Below, in pieces: positions 7,749 to 17,015 of a DNA stretch of 32,000 nt. The notes beneath the pieces were generated by a model that saw nothing but the letters and a program-made list of their open reading frames with translations, was not told the DNA's origin and ran no database searches. Origin of the DNA: Candidatus Saccharimonadota bacterium (GTDB lineage Bacteria > Patescibacteriota > Saccharimonadia > Saccharimonadales > Saccharimonadaceae); contig DIRZ01000003.1 of assembly GCA_002421785.1 (NCBI GenBank), positions 370,700 to 402,699 on the forward strand. Direction: 5' to 3'. A program made the position numbers and the translations under genes. Each line of letters begins with the position of its first letter. Positions within the stretch are counted from its first letter, which is position 1.

Positions 7749-9530
7749 ATGCGCATTTCAGATGACACATTGATAACCTTGCTGACCAGGAACAATATCG
7801 CCTCGGTCGAGCAGTTAAACACTCTCAAAGAAGAGGGTGCTCGTTTGAATCGCTCGTTACAAGAAGTCGTGATCGAGAAACAAGTGATTACCGGCCCCGA
7901 GCTTACAAAGCTCTTTGCTGCATACGCGGACATTCCCTATATCGAACTTGATCCCCGCGACATTCCGCAAGATATCTTAAATAAAATCCCCGAGCGTATC
8001 GCCCGACAATACAACGCGGTCATATTTCAAGTAGACGACGACGGGCTCGTCCACTTAGCAATGGACGACCCTGATGACGTGCAAGCGGTCAGTTTCATCG
8101 AAAAGGAAGTGGGCGAAAACACCCGCATTTACATCGCTTCTCACGATAACATTTTAATGTGTCTTGAAAATTATCGCGGCGATGTGAACGAAGAACTGAA
8201 CGAAGTTATCGACATTCAGCGCGAAGACGATGGTACCGCTCAGCAAGTAACCGAAGCAGAGGTCGCAGAAGATTCGCCAATTGCACAAACCGTCAACCTG
8301 CTCCTCGAATACGCCATCCGCTCACAGGCGTCCGACATACACATCGAGCCACGCGAAAGCTTCGTTCAGATTCGTTACCGCATTGACGGTGTTTTGCGCG
8401 AAGTGAATCAGTTGCCGCGAAACGTTCTCGGAGCCCTCGTGAGCCGTATCAAAATTCTCTCCAACCTAAAGATCGATGAACGGCGCGTCCCTCAAGACGG
8501 TCGATTCAAAATCAAAGTGGCTGGCAAGCAATACGCGCTCCGTGTCAGCACGCTTCCGATTGCTGATGGCGAGAAGGTTGTTATGCGTATTCTTGACGAA
8601 TCAAACCAAGCAATCACTCTTAGCGACCTTGGCTACTGGGGTCATTCGCTGACAGTCATTACCGAAGCAATCGCTGAGCCAAACGGCATGGTGCTCATCA
8701 CTGGTCCAACAGGTAGCGGTAAGTCCACCTCTCTCTTTAGCGTACTCACTATGCTTAATCGACCCGATGTGAATATCTCAACCGTAGAAGACCCAGTCGA
8801 GTATAAAATCCCAGGAGTAAACCAAACCCAAACAAACGTCAAAGCCGGAATGACATTTGCCAACGGTCTTCGAGCACTTCTTCGCCAGGACCCCAACATT
8901 ATCATGGTGGGAGAGATTCGCGACGGCGAGACGGCCAACCTTGGCGTGCAGGCCGCCCTTACTGGGCACCTTGTATTTACGACACTCCACACAAACAACG
9001 CAGCGACCTCTCTGCCGCGCCTGCTCGATATGGGCATTGAGCCGTTCCTGATCGCCAGCACCGTCAAAGCAGTCGTTGGTCAGCGCTTGGTGCGCAGGCT
9101 TTGCATGACGTGCCGCCAACAGTATACGCCCGAAAGACCACAAGTCGAAGAAATGATCAAGCTCTTCAATCTGAGAGAGGGCCAAAAGTTTGCCGATATT
9201 CACGACCTTGAAGTTCAAGCGGCTGAAGAAAAGGTCGGGGGAGATACACCGCTCAGCACTGACGACAAGACAATATTGACAATGTGGAAGGCGAACCCGG
9301 ATGGCTGCGATGAGTGTAATCACACAGGGTACAAAGGTCGCATCGGCATATACGAAGTACTCGGCACCAGCATTCCTGTTCAAAAAATGATTGTATCGAA
9401 CGCAACCAGCAATCAAATTCAAGACCAAGCGATTGCCGAAGGCATGCTGACGATGCAAACCGACGGGCTCATTAAATCACTTCGCGGCAACACAACACTC
9501 GAAGAAGTCTTGAGGGTGACCAGGGAATAA
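7749..9530 (+). CDS. pilB: type IV pilus assembly ATPase PilB (GspE family)
   Basis: N-terminal T2SSE_N-like domain, Walker A GPTGSGKST, Walker B IIMVGEIRD, His box TGHLVFTTLHTN, tetracysteine CMTC...CDEC. Confidence 0.9.
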   Translation: MRISDDTLITLLTRNNIASVEQLNTLKEEGARLNRSLQEVVIEKQVITGPELTKLFAAYADIPYIELDPRDIPQDILNKIPERIARQYNAVIFQVDDDGLVHLAMDDPDDVQAVSFIEKEVGENTRIYIASHDNILMCLENYRGDVNEELNEVIDIQREDDGTAQQVTEAEVAEDSPIAQTVNLLLEYAIRSQASDIHIEPRESFVQIRYRIDGVLREVNQLPRNVLGALVSRIKILSNLKIDERRVPQDGRFKIKVAGKQYALRVSTLPIADGEKVVMRILDESNQAITLSDLGYWGHSLTVITEAIAEPNGMVLITGPTGSGKSTSLFSVLTMLNRPDVNISTVEDPVEYKIPGVNQTQTNVKAGMTFANGLRALLRQDPNIIMVGEIRDGETANLGVQAALTGHLVFTTLHTNNAATSLPRLLDMGIEPFLIASTVKAVVGQRLVRRLCMTCRQQYTPERPQVEEMIKLFNLREGQKFADIHDLEVQAAEEKVGGDTPLSTDDKTILTMWKANPDGCDECNHTGYKGRIGIYEVLGTSIPVQKMIVSNATSNQIQDQAIAEGMLTMQTDGLIKSLRGNTTLEEVLRVTRE

Positions 9531-9532
9531 CA

Positions 9533-10762
9533 ATGCCAAGCTATCTGTATACCGCCACAAACTCGCAAGGTAAAATTGTCACTGGCTCCTTTGAGGCGCT
9601 TGATCGTACAGCAGCCGTTGTCGCCCTATCGAAGCAGAACCTCTCACCCATTAGCCTCAAAGAGGGGACGGCGAAGAAAACTTCGTTTGGTTTTCTCGAT
9701 TTTCTCGGTAGTAACCGAGTAAAGAACGATGACCTCGTCATGTTTACCCGCCAGCTGAGCGCAATGGTGAGTGCGGGCGTTCCGCTCCTGCGAGCCCTTT
9801 CGTCGCAGCACGACCACACCGACAATGCAGCCTTGAAAACCGTGACTTCTGGTATCGTCAAAGATGTCGAAGGTGGTGCGACTCTCGCGGATTCACTCGC
9901 AAAATACCCTAACACCTTTAACGATGTCTACGTCAACATGGTACGAGCGGGTGAAGCCGCCGGTATCCTTGATGAGATTTTAAAACGAATCGCCATCCAA
10001 CAAGAAAAAAATGCCAGCATGCGTAAGAAGATTAAGAGTGCAATGGCCTATCCTATCGTTCTGATGGTGATTACCGTTCTTGCGTTCTTCGGGCTCATGA
10101 TCTTCGTCATTCCTCAAATCGGTAAGATTCTCAAAGATCTTGGCGGTCCCGAGGCTAAGCTTCCCGCCCTCACCCAGGCCATGCTCGATATTAGCGATTT
10201 TCTTATCCGCAATGGACTCTTCCTTATCCCTGTCGCGATTGGTGGCGTAGTGCTCCTGATGCGCTACCTCAAAACTCCCAGGGGCAGGTCGCTTTTTCAT
10301 CACTTCGTACTAAAAGTTCCTGCTATCAATCCCATCATACGTAAAGTCGCCGTTGCGCGATTCGCTCGCACATTTTCAGCGCTGATGGGCGCAGGCGTTG
10401 CCGTTCTTGAAGCGCTTAATGTCACAGCTCGGGCCGTTGGCAATGTTGTCTACGAACAAGCACTCGTCGAAGCAGCCGAGCAAGTGAAGAATGGAAAGAC
10501 GCTTTCCTCTGTTATCGAAAAAAGTGACCTGTTCCCTCCTATCGTCGCACAGATGCTCGCCGTCGGTGAAGAAACCGGCCAAACCGATACCATCTTAGTG
10601 AAAGTGGCGGATTTTTACGAAGAAGAAGTCGATGTCGCAATTGATGGCATCAGCTCAATTATCGAGCCAGTGATGATCTTGATCATGGGATCAATGGTGG
10701 GTCTTATTGCTGCAAGTGTCATGGGACCAATTGCTGGTCTTGCACAAAGCATAAAAGGCTAG
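9533..10762 (+). CDS. pilC: type IV pilus platform protein PilC (GspF family)
   Basis: Two GspF-type repeats (FTRQLSAMVSAGVPLLRAL and FARTFSALMGAGVAVLEAL) with three TM segments. AGGGA lies upstream, 2 nt after the pilB stop. Confidence 0.9.
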   Translation: MPSYLYTATNSQGKIVTGSFEALDRTAAVVALSKQNLSPISLKEGTAKKTSFGFLDFLGSNRVKNDDLVMFTRQLSAMVSAGVPLLRALSSQHDHTDNAALKTVTSGIVKDVEGGATLADSLAKYPNTFNDVYVNMVRAGEAAGILDEILKRIAIQQEKNASMRKKIKSAMAYPIVLMVITVLAFFGLMIFVIPQIGKILKDLGGPEAKLPALTQAMLDISDFLIRNGLFLIPVAIGGVVLLMRYLKTPRGRSLFHHFVLKVPAINPIIRKVAVARFARTFSALMGAGVAVLEALNVTARAVGNVVYEQALVEAAEQVKNGKTLSSVIEKSDLFPPIVAQMLAVGEETGQTDTILVKVADFYEEEVDVAIDGISSIIEPVMILIMGSMVGLIAASVMGPIAGLAQSIKG

Positions 10763-10781
10763 GGAAAAACCATTCCGGTCG

Positions 10782-10790
10782 TGCTATACT
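10782..10790 (+). promoter_or_regulatory. extended -10 promoter (TGcTATACT) upstream of pilM
   Basis: TGCTATACT lies in the 59-nt pilC-pilM spacer, 31 nt upstream of ATG 10822. Confidence 0.4.
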
Positions 10791-10821
10791 ATACAGAGAG
10801 AAATTCTATTAGTGGGCATGA

Positions 10822-11880
10822 ATGACAAAGCTATTCTATAAAGACAAACCCCTGATTGGACTCGATATCAGCCAAACTGGTATCAAAGTCATGTCTATCG
10901 ACCCGAAAAAGTGGTTAGTTCTTGGCTATGGCTCGCTCGATCTCGACCCCTCTAAGGTGCAAGGCTCGCTAGATAATCCTGAAGATACCTACCTGACAGA
11001 CAGTATTCGCACACTCCTGACCGAAAATATTGTCGGGACGCTCAATTCAGACCATGTCGTCATCGGCCTGCCGACGGGTCGCACCTTTTCGCGTACCTTT
11101 ACCCTACCCTCATCACAAGAGAAAAACGTAAAAAGTGCCGTTGAAGTTGAGGTTGATCAATACATACCCATTCCACTCAACGCTCTGTACGTTGACCATG
11201 AAATCATCGAGCGTTCTAAAGATACCCTGACCGTGGTTATGTCGGCCGTTCCTTCTGCGCTTGTTGACCTATGCACGAAAGCTGTCAGCGCCACCGGCCT
11301 CGTCCCTATCGTGGCAGAGCCCAGCATTAATGCCGTTGCGCGCGTCATTGAAGCCACGGAAGAAGGACACCTGTCGACACTTATCGTTGATATTGGACCC
11401 GCCAGCACCGACATTGCTGTGCTCGATAAGGGTGCAATTCGCGTTACCGGTGGTATTGGGCTTGGTGGCAACACCTTCACACTAGATATTGCCAAGAAAC
11501 TTAACATCGCACTGGAAAATGCCCATCAGCTTAAAGTCCTTAACGGGCTAAGCGCCGGGCCGCGACAGGCAAAAATCTCAGCCGCTCTTAAGCCGAGTTT
11601 ACAGCGCATCATTACCGAAGTTCGCAAAGTGATTCGCTACTACAACGAACGGCTCAACGATGACCGCAAAATTGAACAGGTCTTGATCGTCGGTGGCGGA
11701 GCTAATGTCCCCGGTATCGGAGAATACTTCACGAACGAGCTTGTTATGCCCGCTCGCGTTGCGAGCCCGTGGCAAAAGCTCGACTTCGGGTCACTCCAAG
11801 AGCCAAATAAGCAATTCCGTCCGCGATACATCACTGTTGCAGGCCTTGCGAGCGTAAAGAGTGAGGCGATCTGGAAATGA
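10822..11880 (+). CDS. pilM: type IV pilus assembly protein PilM (actin-like ATPase fold)
   Basis: N-terminal IGLDISQTGIKV phosphate-1-like motif and LIVGGGANVPGI. Size and position immediately upstream of pilN fit. ATGA overlap with pilN. Confidence 0.85.
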   Translation: MTKLFYKDKPLIGLDISQTGIKVMSIDPKKWLVLGYGSLDLDPSKVQGSLDNPEDTYLTDSIRTLLTENIVGTLNSDHVVIGLPTGRTFSRTFTLPSSQEKNVKSAVEVEVDQYIPIPLNALYVDHEIIERSKDTLTVVMSAVPSALVDLCTKAVSATGLVPIVAEPSINAVARVIEATEEGHLSTLIVDIGPASTDIAVLDKGAIRVTGGIGLGGNTFTLDIAKKLNIALENAHQLKVLNGLSAGPRQAKISAALKPSLQRIITEVRKVIRYYNERLNDDRKIEQVLIVGGGANVPGIGEYFTNELVMPARVASPWQKLDFGSLQEPNKQFRPRYITVAGLASVKSEAIWK

Positions 11881-12437
11881 TAAACCTTCTTGCACCCGAT
11901 GATCGTCGGCAACTTGCCGCAGCGCGCACAAATACCCTGTTGCGGAGATATGTGTTTCTACTGGGGCTCGTTGTTGCTGTGCTCTTGATCGAAATTGGGG
12001 GAGTCTACGTCTTCCTGAGCGTCGATAAGGCCCGAAACGAAGCAGCGATTATTGAGAGCGAATCAAAAACGACAGAGTTTGCACAAATCCGACAGGATGC
12101 ATCGTCGTTCCGATCTAACCTCGCCACGGCAAAATACATTCTCGACAAGCAGGTCGACTACACTTCACTTATCGTTGGCGTTGCCAATGCTCTGCCAAAT
12201 GATGCCGTTATCGACTCGCTGTCTCTGAATCCCGAAACGTTCGGCACACCTGCAACGCTCACTATCCACACTAGCTCCTATGGACTTGCTATCGATGTGA
12301 AGACTCGTTTGCAGCAGTCACCCCTTTTCTCTGATGTAAGCTTCCAGTCTGTCGCTAAAGAGGACGATTCTACAAGCCCTCGTCCGTTCACTGCGGTATA
12401 TAATGTCACCTTTGCAAAGGACGCACTTAAGCCATGA
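11877..12437 (+). CDS. pilN: PilN-like pilus alignment protein
   Basis: N-terminal MINLLAP (INLLP motif), a single TM (VFLLGLVVAVLLIEIGGVYVFL) and a periplasmic-type domain. Confidence 0.7.
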   Translation: MINLLAPDDRRQLAAARTNTLLRRYVFLLGLVVAVLLIEIGGVYVFLSVDKARNEAAIIESESKTTEFAQIRQDASSFRSNLATAKYILDKQVDYTSLIVGVANALPNDAVIDSLSLNPETFGTPATLTIHTSSYGLAIDVKTRLQQSPLFSDVSFQSVAKEDDSTSPRPFTAVYNVTFAKDALKP

Positions 12438-13081
12438 AGACGTCACGACTTACCCCGTCTAAACTCCGTATAATACTAAGTATCTGTATGCTCCTGCTTA
12501 TTGGAGCGGGCGTTGGGCTATTCACAGTCGGTTATAAAGTAATCGCCGATTACTCAGCTGCAGCAAGAACAACCGCAGCCCAGGCCCAGGCAAGCAATAC
12601 CACTCTCCAGGATCTCAAAAAAACCGAAGCCCAGCTTGAAGCAAACGCCGAGACCGTCGCAAGGGCATCGCAAATCGTGGCCGAAAGCAAAAGCTATGTC
12701 TACCAAGACCAAATTATCCGCGACATCAATAATTTTGCAACCAACTCCGGTATTACCGTGACAAACATTACTTTCGCGGATGCCGTCGTGACACCGACGT
12801 CTGTCAGTACCCCTGCAGCAGGAACCACACCACCAATTGCAACAGGTACCCCAGCCGCAGGCGCCGCGACTGCAGCTCCAGCGGGAGTAAAATCAATGAC
12901 CGCAACCGTCACCTTAAAGAACCCCGTCAACTTCACCTCCATGCTTAAGTTCATTCGCTCTATCGAAGGTGGTCTATTCAAAATGCGCATTTCACAAGTC
13001 ACCTTGTCGCGCGCATCCGATTCCAGCAATAAAGATGAAGTAACCAGTGACGCACTCACTATAGAGGTATACGTACGATAA
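12434..13081 (+). CDS. pilO: PilO-like pilus alignment protein with internal P/A/T-rich insert
   Basis: Single N-terminal TM, a coiled-coil segment (LQDLKKTEAQLEANAE), then a small alpha/beta-type domain. Assignment rests on position after pilN with an ATGA overlap, plus topology. Confidence 0.5.
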   Translation: MKTSRLTPSKLRIILSICMLLLIGAGVGLFTVGYKVIADYSAAARTTAAQAQASNTTLQDLKKTEAQLEANAETVARASQIVAESKSYVYQDQIIRDINNFATNSGITVTNITFADAVVTPTSVSTPAAGTTPPIATGTPAAGAATAAPAGVKSMTATVTLKNPVNFTSMLKFIRSIEGGLFKMRISQVTLSRASDSSNKDEVTSDALTIEVYVR

Positions 13082-13359
13082 TGAAAGCCGACCTTAGCCT
13101 ACCCCAGCTCACAGCAGCACTCTCACGTTTTCTTCATCGATACCACGTCATACTCTTCGTTCTGACAGCAGTAGGTGGTCTCGCCCTAGCGAACTTCATG
13201 CTCAACCAAGCCATCAACGAAAAACCGATCGAACCACCCCAGGCAGTTTCAAGCTCATTTGACCAAGAAACGATGGATAAAATCGACCAACTCAACGAAA
13301 GCTCTACCCAGTCTACTAACTTCGTTCTACCAAGCGGTAGGATAAATCCATTCATATAG
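13081..13359 (+). CDS. small single-pass membrane protein, pilus-operon associated (unknown family)
   Basis: 92-aa ORF with start overlapping the pilO stop (TAATG), one TM (VILFVLTAVGGLALANFML) and a polar tail. Confidence 0.45.
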   Translation: MKADLSLPQLTAALSRFLHRYHVILFVLTAVGGLALANFMLNQAINEKPIEPPQAVSSSFDQETMDKIDQLNESSTQSTNFVLPSGRINPFI

Positions 13360-13372
13360 GTATACTACTAGT

Positions 13373-13954
13373 ATGATACTGCTCGGTTCGACCCTCATCA
13401 GCGCTCCTATCATAGGCTTACAGACTGGTGCCGAACTTGCGCGAACAAAGTCTCCCGTTATCGATCCCGCAAACCTTACGATTCTTGCTTACGAGCTTGA
13501 GGGTCCATTACTTGCCGAGCATCCTTCGCTCCTTCGTTTGGCAGATGTCAGAGAGTTGAGTGGCATGGGACTTATCGTCGACTCTAGCGATGAATTCGTT
13601 TTACCGAACGATGTTATAAAACTTGGCGAGATATATAAGCTCAACTTTACACTCGTGGGCATGGCAGTGATAGATGAAAAACGGCGTAGGCTTGGCAAAG
13701 TCACTGATTATACTCTCGACACGACCGGATTCAGCGTTCAACAACTGACCGTGCGTCGTCCTCTCCTCCGGAGCCTTAATGACACCGAGCTTCTTATCCA
13801 TCGCTCACAGATAATCGAAATTAACAACAATGCTATCGTTGTCCACAGTGAAGCCAAAGCGCCCGAACCGGAGCTACACCAAGTTGTTGGTAGTTACGTC
13901 AATCCATTTCGCAAATCCGAACCCGCACAGGAATCAGCTGAATCGCGAAACTAG
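13373..13954 (+). CDS. PRC-barrel domain protein (two PRC-like repeats)
   Basis: LGSTLISAPIIGLQTGAELARTKSPVIDPANLTILAYELEG and LVGMAVIDEKRRRLGKVTDYTLDTTGFSVQQLTV resemble the PRC-barrel pattern (L.G..V....G..lG.v.d..fd......al.v). Judged by eye only. Confidence 0.5.
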   Translation: MILLGSTLISAPIIGLQTGAELARTKSPVIDPANLTILAYELEGPLLAEHPSLLRLADVRELSGMGLIVDSSDEFVLPNDVIKLGEIYKLNFTLVGMAVIDEKRRRLGKVTDYTLDTTGFSVQQLTVRRPLLRSLNDTELLIHRSQIIEINNNAIVVHSEAKAPEPELHQVVGSYVNPFRKSEPAQESAESRN

Positions 13955-13961
13955 CCACTTC

Positions 13962-14603
13962 TTAGCTATTATCATCTGAGGCAAGCGCTGACTTAATCTC
14001 GTCATAGCTAAAACCTTGTCGAGCGAGGTATTGTATAAACTTTTGCTCATCGGGGTAACGAACCTGTTTTTTCGCAATGATTTTTTTGATTTCACTCTCA
14101 TCGTTTCTATCAGACTCCGCAAGCACGGCGTCGATTACCTGCCCCGCGACACCTTTGGCCTGTAGTTCTGCCCGCAATTTGCGAAGGGAAGTGCCTTTGA
14201 CGAGGTTGCGGCTTTCCACCCACCACCGAGCAAACTTTTCATCATCAACATGCCCTTTTTGCTCTAGCTTCGCCAGAACTCGTTCGGCAAGGGAAGCGGG
14301 ATACCCCTTTATGAGCTTGCCTTCCTTTCCTCGCCTGTCACGAGTCTTACGCCAAAGGTAATCGCGCACCTCTCGAATACTATGAGGGCGCAACAAACAA
14401 TACTCCAGCGTTCTACCGTAAAGTTTACCAAATTGACTCTCGGTCTCGAGTTCTACCAGCTCTTCCTCGTTATATTCTTTGCCGACTTTTACACCTAAGT
14501 CACCAACCTGGAATATATCAAGACTAAACCGATACTGTCCGTCAACCGATATATTTACTCGATCCTGATTCTTGGCTTGGACCGATATACTCGTAATCTT
14601 CAC
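13962..14603 (-). CDS. recX: recombination regulator RecX
   Basis: Lies immediately downstream of recA. Repeated three-helix RecX-type segments (KGHVDDEKFARWWVESR, LRAELQAKGVAGQVI, YLARQGFSYDEIKSAL). GTG start preceded by GGAGAGG. Confidence 0.85.
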   Translation of the reverse strand: MKITSISVQAKNQDRVNISVDGQYRFSLDIFQVGDLGVKVGKEYNEEELVELETESQFGKLYGRTLEYCLLRPHSIREVRDYLWRKTRDRRGKEGKLIKGYPASLAERVLAKLEQKGHVDDEKFARWWVESRNLVKGTSLRKLRAELQAKGVAGQVIDAVLAESDRNDESEIKKIIAKKQVRYPDEQKFIQYLARQGFSYDEIKSALASDDNS

Positions 14604-14647
14604 TCGACCTGCCTCTCCGGCTTATCGAAATACTCCGGCTTCTGCGC

Positions 14648-15688
14648 CTATACTTCGTTTTCAGCAGCTACTTTAGCGCGAACTTTTTTTTCAATTTCTG
14701 CCAAAACGTCCGGATTCTCTTTTAAGTATTTCTTCGTTGCTTCACGGCCTTGGCCAATCTTGGCATCGTTATAGTCAAACCATGCACCACTCTTGCCTAC
14801 AATTCCGTGCAATACACCGAGATCAACAACGTCGCCAGTTTTGCTTATTCCTTCGTTATACATAATGTCAAATTCAGCCACACGGAATGGCGGCGCAATT
14901 TTATTTTTGACAATCTTCACCTTTGTACGGTTACCGGTAATTTCCTCACCGTCTTTAATTTGCCCGGTGCGTCGAATATCCGCACGCACGCTCGCGTAGA
15001 ACTTGAGTGCGTTACCACCCGTGGTTGTTTCCGGATTACCGAACATCACACCAATCTTCATGCGAATTTGATTGATGAAGATAACGGTTGCCTTCGACTT
15101 ATTAATAATACCCGTTAGCTTACGGAGTGCCTGACTCATCAGACGCGCTTGCAGTCCCATGTGACTATCGCCCATGTCCCCATCAATTTCCGCCTGTGGA
15201 ACTAAAGCGGCAACCGAGTCGACAACGATCAAATCTACAGCATTACTTCGGACAAGTGTTTCAACGATTTCAAGCGCTTGCTCACCATTATCTGGCTGGC
15301 TGACGAGTAGATTGTCTGTGTCGACACCAAGTCTACGTGCATAGGCAGGGTCAAGCGCATGCTCTGCATCGATGAACGCCGCCGTGCCACCTTGTTTTTG
15401 AATTTCCGCAATCGCATGGAGCGTCAGTGTCGTCTTGCCGCTTGATTCTGGTCCATAAATCTCGATAATACGGCCCTTCGGGTATCCGCCACCCAGCGCA
15501 ATATCCAAGCTCAAGCTTCCACTCGACAGCAGCTCAACATCTACTTTCTTGGCCTCACCAAGCTTCATAATCGAACCATCACCAAATTGCTTGGTAATCT
15601 GATCCATCGCCAGGCCTAGGGCTTTGAGTTTTCCTTCGTCAGCAGTCGGTTTTTCGGCCAATGTCTTACTTTCAGTCTTTTTCGCCAT
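14648..15688 (-). CDS. recA: recombinase RecA
   Basis: [43 protein letters not shown] and [11 protein letters not shown]. Start set to ATG 15688 (MAKKTESK...) with AAGGGGA upstream. The track extension to 15880 is antisense to the pilin gene. Confidence 0.97.
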   Translation of the reverse strand: MAKKTESKTLAEKPTADEGKLKALGLAMDQITKQFGDGSIMKLGEAKKVDVELLSSGSLSLDIALGGGYPKGRIIEIYGPESSGKTTLTLHAIAEIQKQGGTAAFIDAEHALDPAYARRLGVDTDNLLVSQPDNGEQALEIVETLVRSNAVDLIVVDSVAALVPQAEIDGDMGDSHMGLQARLMSQALRKLTGIINKSKATVIFINQIRMKIGVMFGNPETTTGGNALKFYASVRADIRRTGQIKDGEEITGNRTKVKIVKNKIAPPFRVAEFDIMYNEGISKTGDVVDLGVLHGIVGKSGAWFDYNDAKIGQGREATKKYLKENPDVLAEIEKKVRAKVAAENEV

Positions 15689-15737
15689 AGTATTCCCCTT
15701 ATTAGCTCCTCTTATTGTATCGTACTCTGGAAACGTT

Positions 15738-15746
15738 TGATATAAT
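15738..15746 (+). promoter_or_regulatory. extended -10 promoter (TGaTATAAT) for the pilin-like gene
   Basis: TGATATAAT ends 9 nt upstream of ATG 15756, with no SD in between. Confidence 0.5.
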
Positions 15747-15755
15747 AAACCTATT

Positions 15756-16148
15756 ATGAAGCGTAAAGGTTTTACTGTTGTTGAGCTACTCGTTGCGATT
15801 GTTCTGCTCATTGCAGGCGGGTGGCTGTTCTTTACCGAAAAAGCCAGTATCGATGCGGTGCAGCGCGATGCGGCTCGCAAAATTGCTATTAACGCGATGT
15901 ATTACAATCTCGAAGAAGTCTTCTACGAAAAAAATGGCCACTACCCTGTGACTATCGACAGTAAAACGCTCCGCGCGATGGACCCCTCATTGTTCACCGA
16001 TCCAATCGGCATAAAACTGGGCGACACGGGTTCAAACTATACCTACGACGCAAAAGGATGCTCAACCGATGGCCTTTGCGACGGCTACGAACTTCGGAGC
16101 ACCATGGAGCGCGAAGCGGACTTTACCAAGACCAACCGCAATAAATAA
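15756..16148 (+). CDS. type IV pilin-like protein (prepilin; minor pilin/pseudopilin candidate)
   Basis: Class III signal MKRKG|[17 protein letters not shown] with Glu at +5. C-terminal Cys pair CSTDGLC. Confidence 0.8.
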   Translation: MKRKGFTVVELLVAIVLLIAGGWLFFTEKASIDAVQRDAARKIAINAMYYNLEEVFYEKNGHYPVTIDSKTLRAMDPSLFTDPIGIKLGDTGSNYTYDAKGCSTDGLCDGYELRSTMEREADFTKTNRNK

Positions 16149-16152
16149 TTAG

Positions 16153-17001
16153 CTAATTTTTATCATTCGTCGAAGCAGGACCCTCGACTGGTCGGCCATT
16201 CTTAAACGCCTCAACGGCATTGTTGAGAATGGCTATTTGCACCTTTGGGTTTGCGACATAGTCAAATCGATAGGTGGTTTCTTCCCCCTCAGTACTCAAT
16301 CGGATTGAGCCATAATTCAGCAGTACCTGCAGAGGGCCTTTTTGACTATAGCTCGCGTCTTCAATATTCATTAGACTCACCGTCTGCTCTTTGTGCACAA
16401 AAACGCTCAACTGAATTTCTTGAATAACACTTTCATTCGTAAGAAAGAATCGGTTATTCATATATACCCATACCGCAAGATAGCCACCAGCCATAAATAA
16501 TACAGCAAGCAGAATGCCAATAGTAAGCACACTTCCGTATGTACTCATCGGCAAGCCAAGCAGCTCACTAATAAATGGGTAGTTAAAGATGAGGGTAAAC
16601 ATCATCGACAGTGATAACGCGGTAGCGATAAGCGGAGCAAGCATACCAATTGGATGGCGACGAATTGCGCTGATGATATACTCGTGATCACTCAGGTTAA
16701 GCGAAGGAAATTGCTTCATGGACTCGTCATGCCGACGCTTCGTTTCTTCAGACACCTCCACCGCTATCGGTTCAGTAGCACGTGCAACGTGCACGACCTG
16801 TGAAGGCGTTGCAGCGGGTTGCGCCGGCGCGGGAGAGACAGGCTCAACTGGGGCAGCATACAGTGGCTGTCCGTTTGCGTCATAGGCAACCGGGCGAGGA
16901 TGCTGCCTGTCAGTGTTTGGATCATTTTGCATACTCTCGTATAGCCTTTCAGTCATTAGTTGTACTCTATGTTCCCATTTTTTTACTAATGGTGATACCA
17001 T
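16153..17001 (-). CDS. membrane protein with bacterial PH (bPH_2/YdbS-YdbT-like) domain and Pro-rich N-terminus
   Basis: DHEYIISAIRRHPIGMLAPLI, two TM helices, then FFLTNESVIQE...VSLMNIEDASYSQKGPLQVLLNYGSIRLST. This is the typical bPH_2 arrangement. Judged by eye. Confidence 0.55.
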   Translation of the reverse strand: MVSPLVKKWEHRVQLMTERLYESMQNDPNTDRQHPRPVAYDANGQPLYAAPVEPVSPAPAQPAATPSQVVHVARATEPIAVEVSEETKRRHDESMKQFPSLNLSDHEYIISAIRRHPIGMLAPLIATALSLSMMFTLIFNYPFISELLGLPMSTYGSVLTIGILLAVLFMAGGYLAVWVYMNNRFFLTNESVIQEIQLSVFVHKEQTVSLMNIEDASYSQKGPLQVLLNYGSIRLSTEGEETTYRFDYVANPKVQIAILNNAVEAFKNGRPVEGPASTNDKN

Positions 17002-17015
17002 GTCTCTATTATACC

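Noticed and set aside
8778-9458. 226-aa minus-strand ORF inside pilB. Similar long antisense ORFs lie at 24324..24767 (yebC), 26934..27356 (pilA), 28246..28844 (rimK) and 29366..29863 (fusion gene).
   Set aside because: Each lies opposite a CDS with strong family motifs. None carries recognisable motifs or an upstream signal. They are treated as shadow ORFs.
15731-15738. Palindrome AAACGTTT between recA and the pilin gene as a possible LexA/SOS operator
   Set aside because: Only an 8-bp core. It does not match the CGAAC-N4-GTTCG or CTGT-N8-ACAG box types. Perfect 8-bp palindromes are expected about a hundred times by chance in 32 kb.
16147-16158. 12-nt perfect palindrome AATTAGCTAATT spanning both stop codons of the convergent pilin and bPH genes, as a possible bidirectional terminator
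   Set aside because: The 6-bp AT-rich stem with no loop is too weak to call a terminator. It may be coincidental overlap of TAA/TAG stops.
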